Notes under the pieces: model-generated
The model's input: the letters and a program-made list of their open reading frames with translations, nothing else
Database searches by the model: none
What the model was told of the DNA's origin: nothing
Assembly: GCA_904063045.1 (NCBI GenBank)
Contig: CAJFCJ010000020.1
Coordinates: 1-64,000, forward strand
DNA from: Dimorphilus gyrociliatus
Lineage: Eukaryota; Animalia; Annelida
Length of the DNA stretch: 64,000 nucleotides
Direction: 5' to 3'
Made by a program: the position numbers and the translations under genes
Part shown: positions 62,762-64,000 of the stretch, in pieces
Layout of the letters: each line of letters begins with the position of its first letter
Position numbering within the stretch: the stretch's first letter is position 1

Positions 62762-64000
62762 TCATTTTTTCTGTAATTTTGCAGACAAGAGTTGTTGATT
62801 AACGACAGCTAGTAATAAATCAACGATACATTGGTATGACGTTTGAGGAAGGTGGTAATTCTTTCCTAGAGCTTGTTCTAAAGTTAGTTTGTAAGGTTGC
62901 ATTTTTTGATGCCAACTTTTGGACGGATCGTCCTCTGTAATCTTCATAAGTGTGTCTCTCGTTGACCATAGCGTATTTAATACGGAAGAGACTGGCATAG
63001 TTGTGACATCCTGAACATCATTGTCTGTGTGCTGTCGTTGATTTAACGAAGTCACCAAACCAGGCACTTGCGGGGCACAAGCCACATTCCAAACTTGAAT
63101 TCCAGATGCGACTGCTTCTTCAAATGTAGAAAACCCTCCCAATTCTGGAGTGTATGAGAGTCTTTTCTTAAATAACTCGCATTCCGCGTGATTTGAACAC
63201 ATAACCAGGTCGATCTTTTCAAATACATCTAACATTGAGTTGGGTATTAATCGACGAAACTTTTCCAAGGTTACAACACAAACAGGCCTGAGTGATTCAT
63301 CCACATTTTCGAGTTCTTCCTCCGTATAATTCAAATAATACCTATGACGGTGTCTTTTCAACCAAATGTCCATTTGGCCCGCAACAGGTGTATTTGGAGA
63401 AAGAGCTTGAAAAAGAATTTCACTGGATTGTGGAATTTGTTCAGTTGCATCTTTAATTAATTTTGCATTTCCATTTAATGCTTGCTCTAGCATCGCAGCT
63501 CCAATAGACTTTGGCTGTGAGGTTGTCAAATTAACGGGCTCATCTTGTTCTTCTAGAGGTAAAGACGCTAAATTATCATGTGGAATATTCGTTTTCAAAA
63601 GAGGCGATAGTTCTTTGCCATTTAATTTGTCACCTTCGGTGTAGCTATGTCTCTTTAAGGAGTTCCTTGGAGGTGAAGAAATTGGAAAACTATTACGTCG
63701 ACTAGATGTTTCCTCTCCATTTGTCAGAAGATGGCGTTGCTTTAATGAATTTTTTAAAGCTGTTTTAATTTGAGAATGTTCAATGCCTTTAGTCGAATTA
63801 GTAGAATTTGTAACACCAGCATTAGTATTTAAGTTATTATTATTACTATTATTGTTGTTATTATTAGCATTTTCATTGTTCAAGTCCATCTGCACTTTAA
63901 CAATATTGTGCATACGATATTTGCCGGAATATTCTTTCCATAACCGTCCTGCTTCTGCTTTCACTTCACAAAAAGAATGAAAGCCTCCAGCTGTGGGCGG
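62762..64000 (-). CDS. Unidentified protein, 3' exon (at least 412 aa, open to the right edge); poly-Asn and Ser-rich linker followed by a globular-looking C-terminal domain
   Basis: The 400-aa ORF stays open through 64000 (PPTAGGFHSFCEVKAEAGRLW...). Mixed composition C-terminal half (GQMDIWLKRHRHRYYL...IDLVMCSNH..CELFKKRLSY..GGFSTFEEAV). Family not recognised. Confidence 0.8.
   Translation of the reverse strand, partial: PPTAGGFHSFCEVKAEAGRLWKEYSGKYRMHNIVKVQMDLNNENANNNNNNSNNNNLNTNAGVTNSTNSTKGIEHSQIKTALKNSLKQRHLLTNGEETSSRRNSFPISSPPRNSLKRHSYTEGDKLNGKELSPLLKTNIPHDNLASLPLEEQDEPVNLTTSQPKSIGAAMLEQALNGNAKLIKDATEQIPQSSEILFQALSPNTPVAGQMDIWLKRHRHRYYLNYTEEELENVDESLRPVCVVTLEKFRRLIPNSMLDVFEKIDLVMCSNHAECELFKKRLSYTPELGGFSTFEEAVASGIQVWNVACAPQVPGLVTSLNQRQHTDNDVQDVTTMPVSSVLNTLWSTRDTLMKITEDDPSKSWHQKMQPYKLTLEQALGKNYHLPQTSYQCIVDLLLAVVNQQLLSAKLQKK

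Noticed and set aside
63940-64000. PPTAGGFHSFCEV..AGRLWKE resembles HMG-box fragments
   Set aside because: Spacing is far too short for an HMG box.
1-64000. tRNA, rRNA and CRISPR arrays
   Set aside because: No cloverleaf/T-loop context, rRNA signature or repeat-spacer array seen; the sequence is eukaryotic.

Overview
AT-rich animal (bilaterian) genomic DNA with GT-AG introns. Effector genes have very short introns (about 50-85 nt), which suggests a compact genome, probably spiralian/annelid (inference only). Left to right: (1) a frameshifted, 5'-truncated R2/NeSL-type non-LTR retrotransposon (minus, 1-3435) whose 5' end is fused to a copy of the upstream flank of a U2 snRNA gene, so a probable U2-targeting Utopia element; (2) a decayed, triplicated coding-like unit (5.3-7.2 kb); (3) an intact U2 snRNA gene (minus, 7663-7848); (4) a 6-exon Brachyury gene (plus, 10330-15330); (5) a tandem array of four DEG/ENaC (ASIC-like) channel genes with intact reading frames, plus a pseudogene fragment (minus, 20.6-38.3 kb), each carrying a 486-520 aa, probably helical, Cys-paired segment where canonical channels have a 20-30 aa knuckle - the most unusual feature of the window; (6) two tandem Islet LIM-homeobox paralogs (plus, 40404-43330 and 45724-50744), one conservative and one divergent; (7) about 6 kb of CpG-richer non-coding DNA; (8) an LRR-transmembrane pseudogene; (9) a divergent rhabdomeric-type opsin (minus, 59436-60875); (10) an unidentified gene cut by the right edge. 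CTCF-like motifs cluster at the borders between these blocks. All exon models were built by hand from splice signals and phase checks; no database searches were run.
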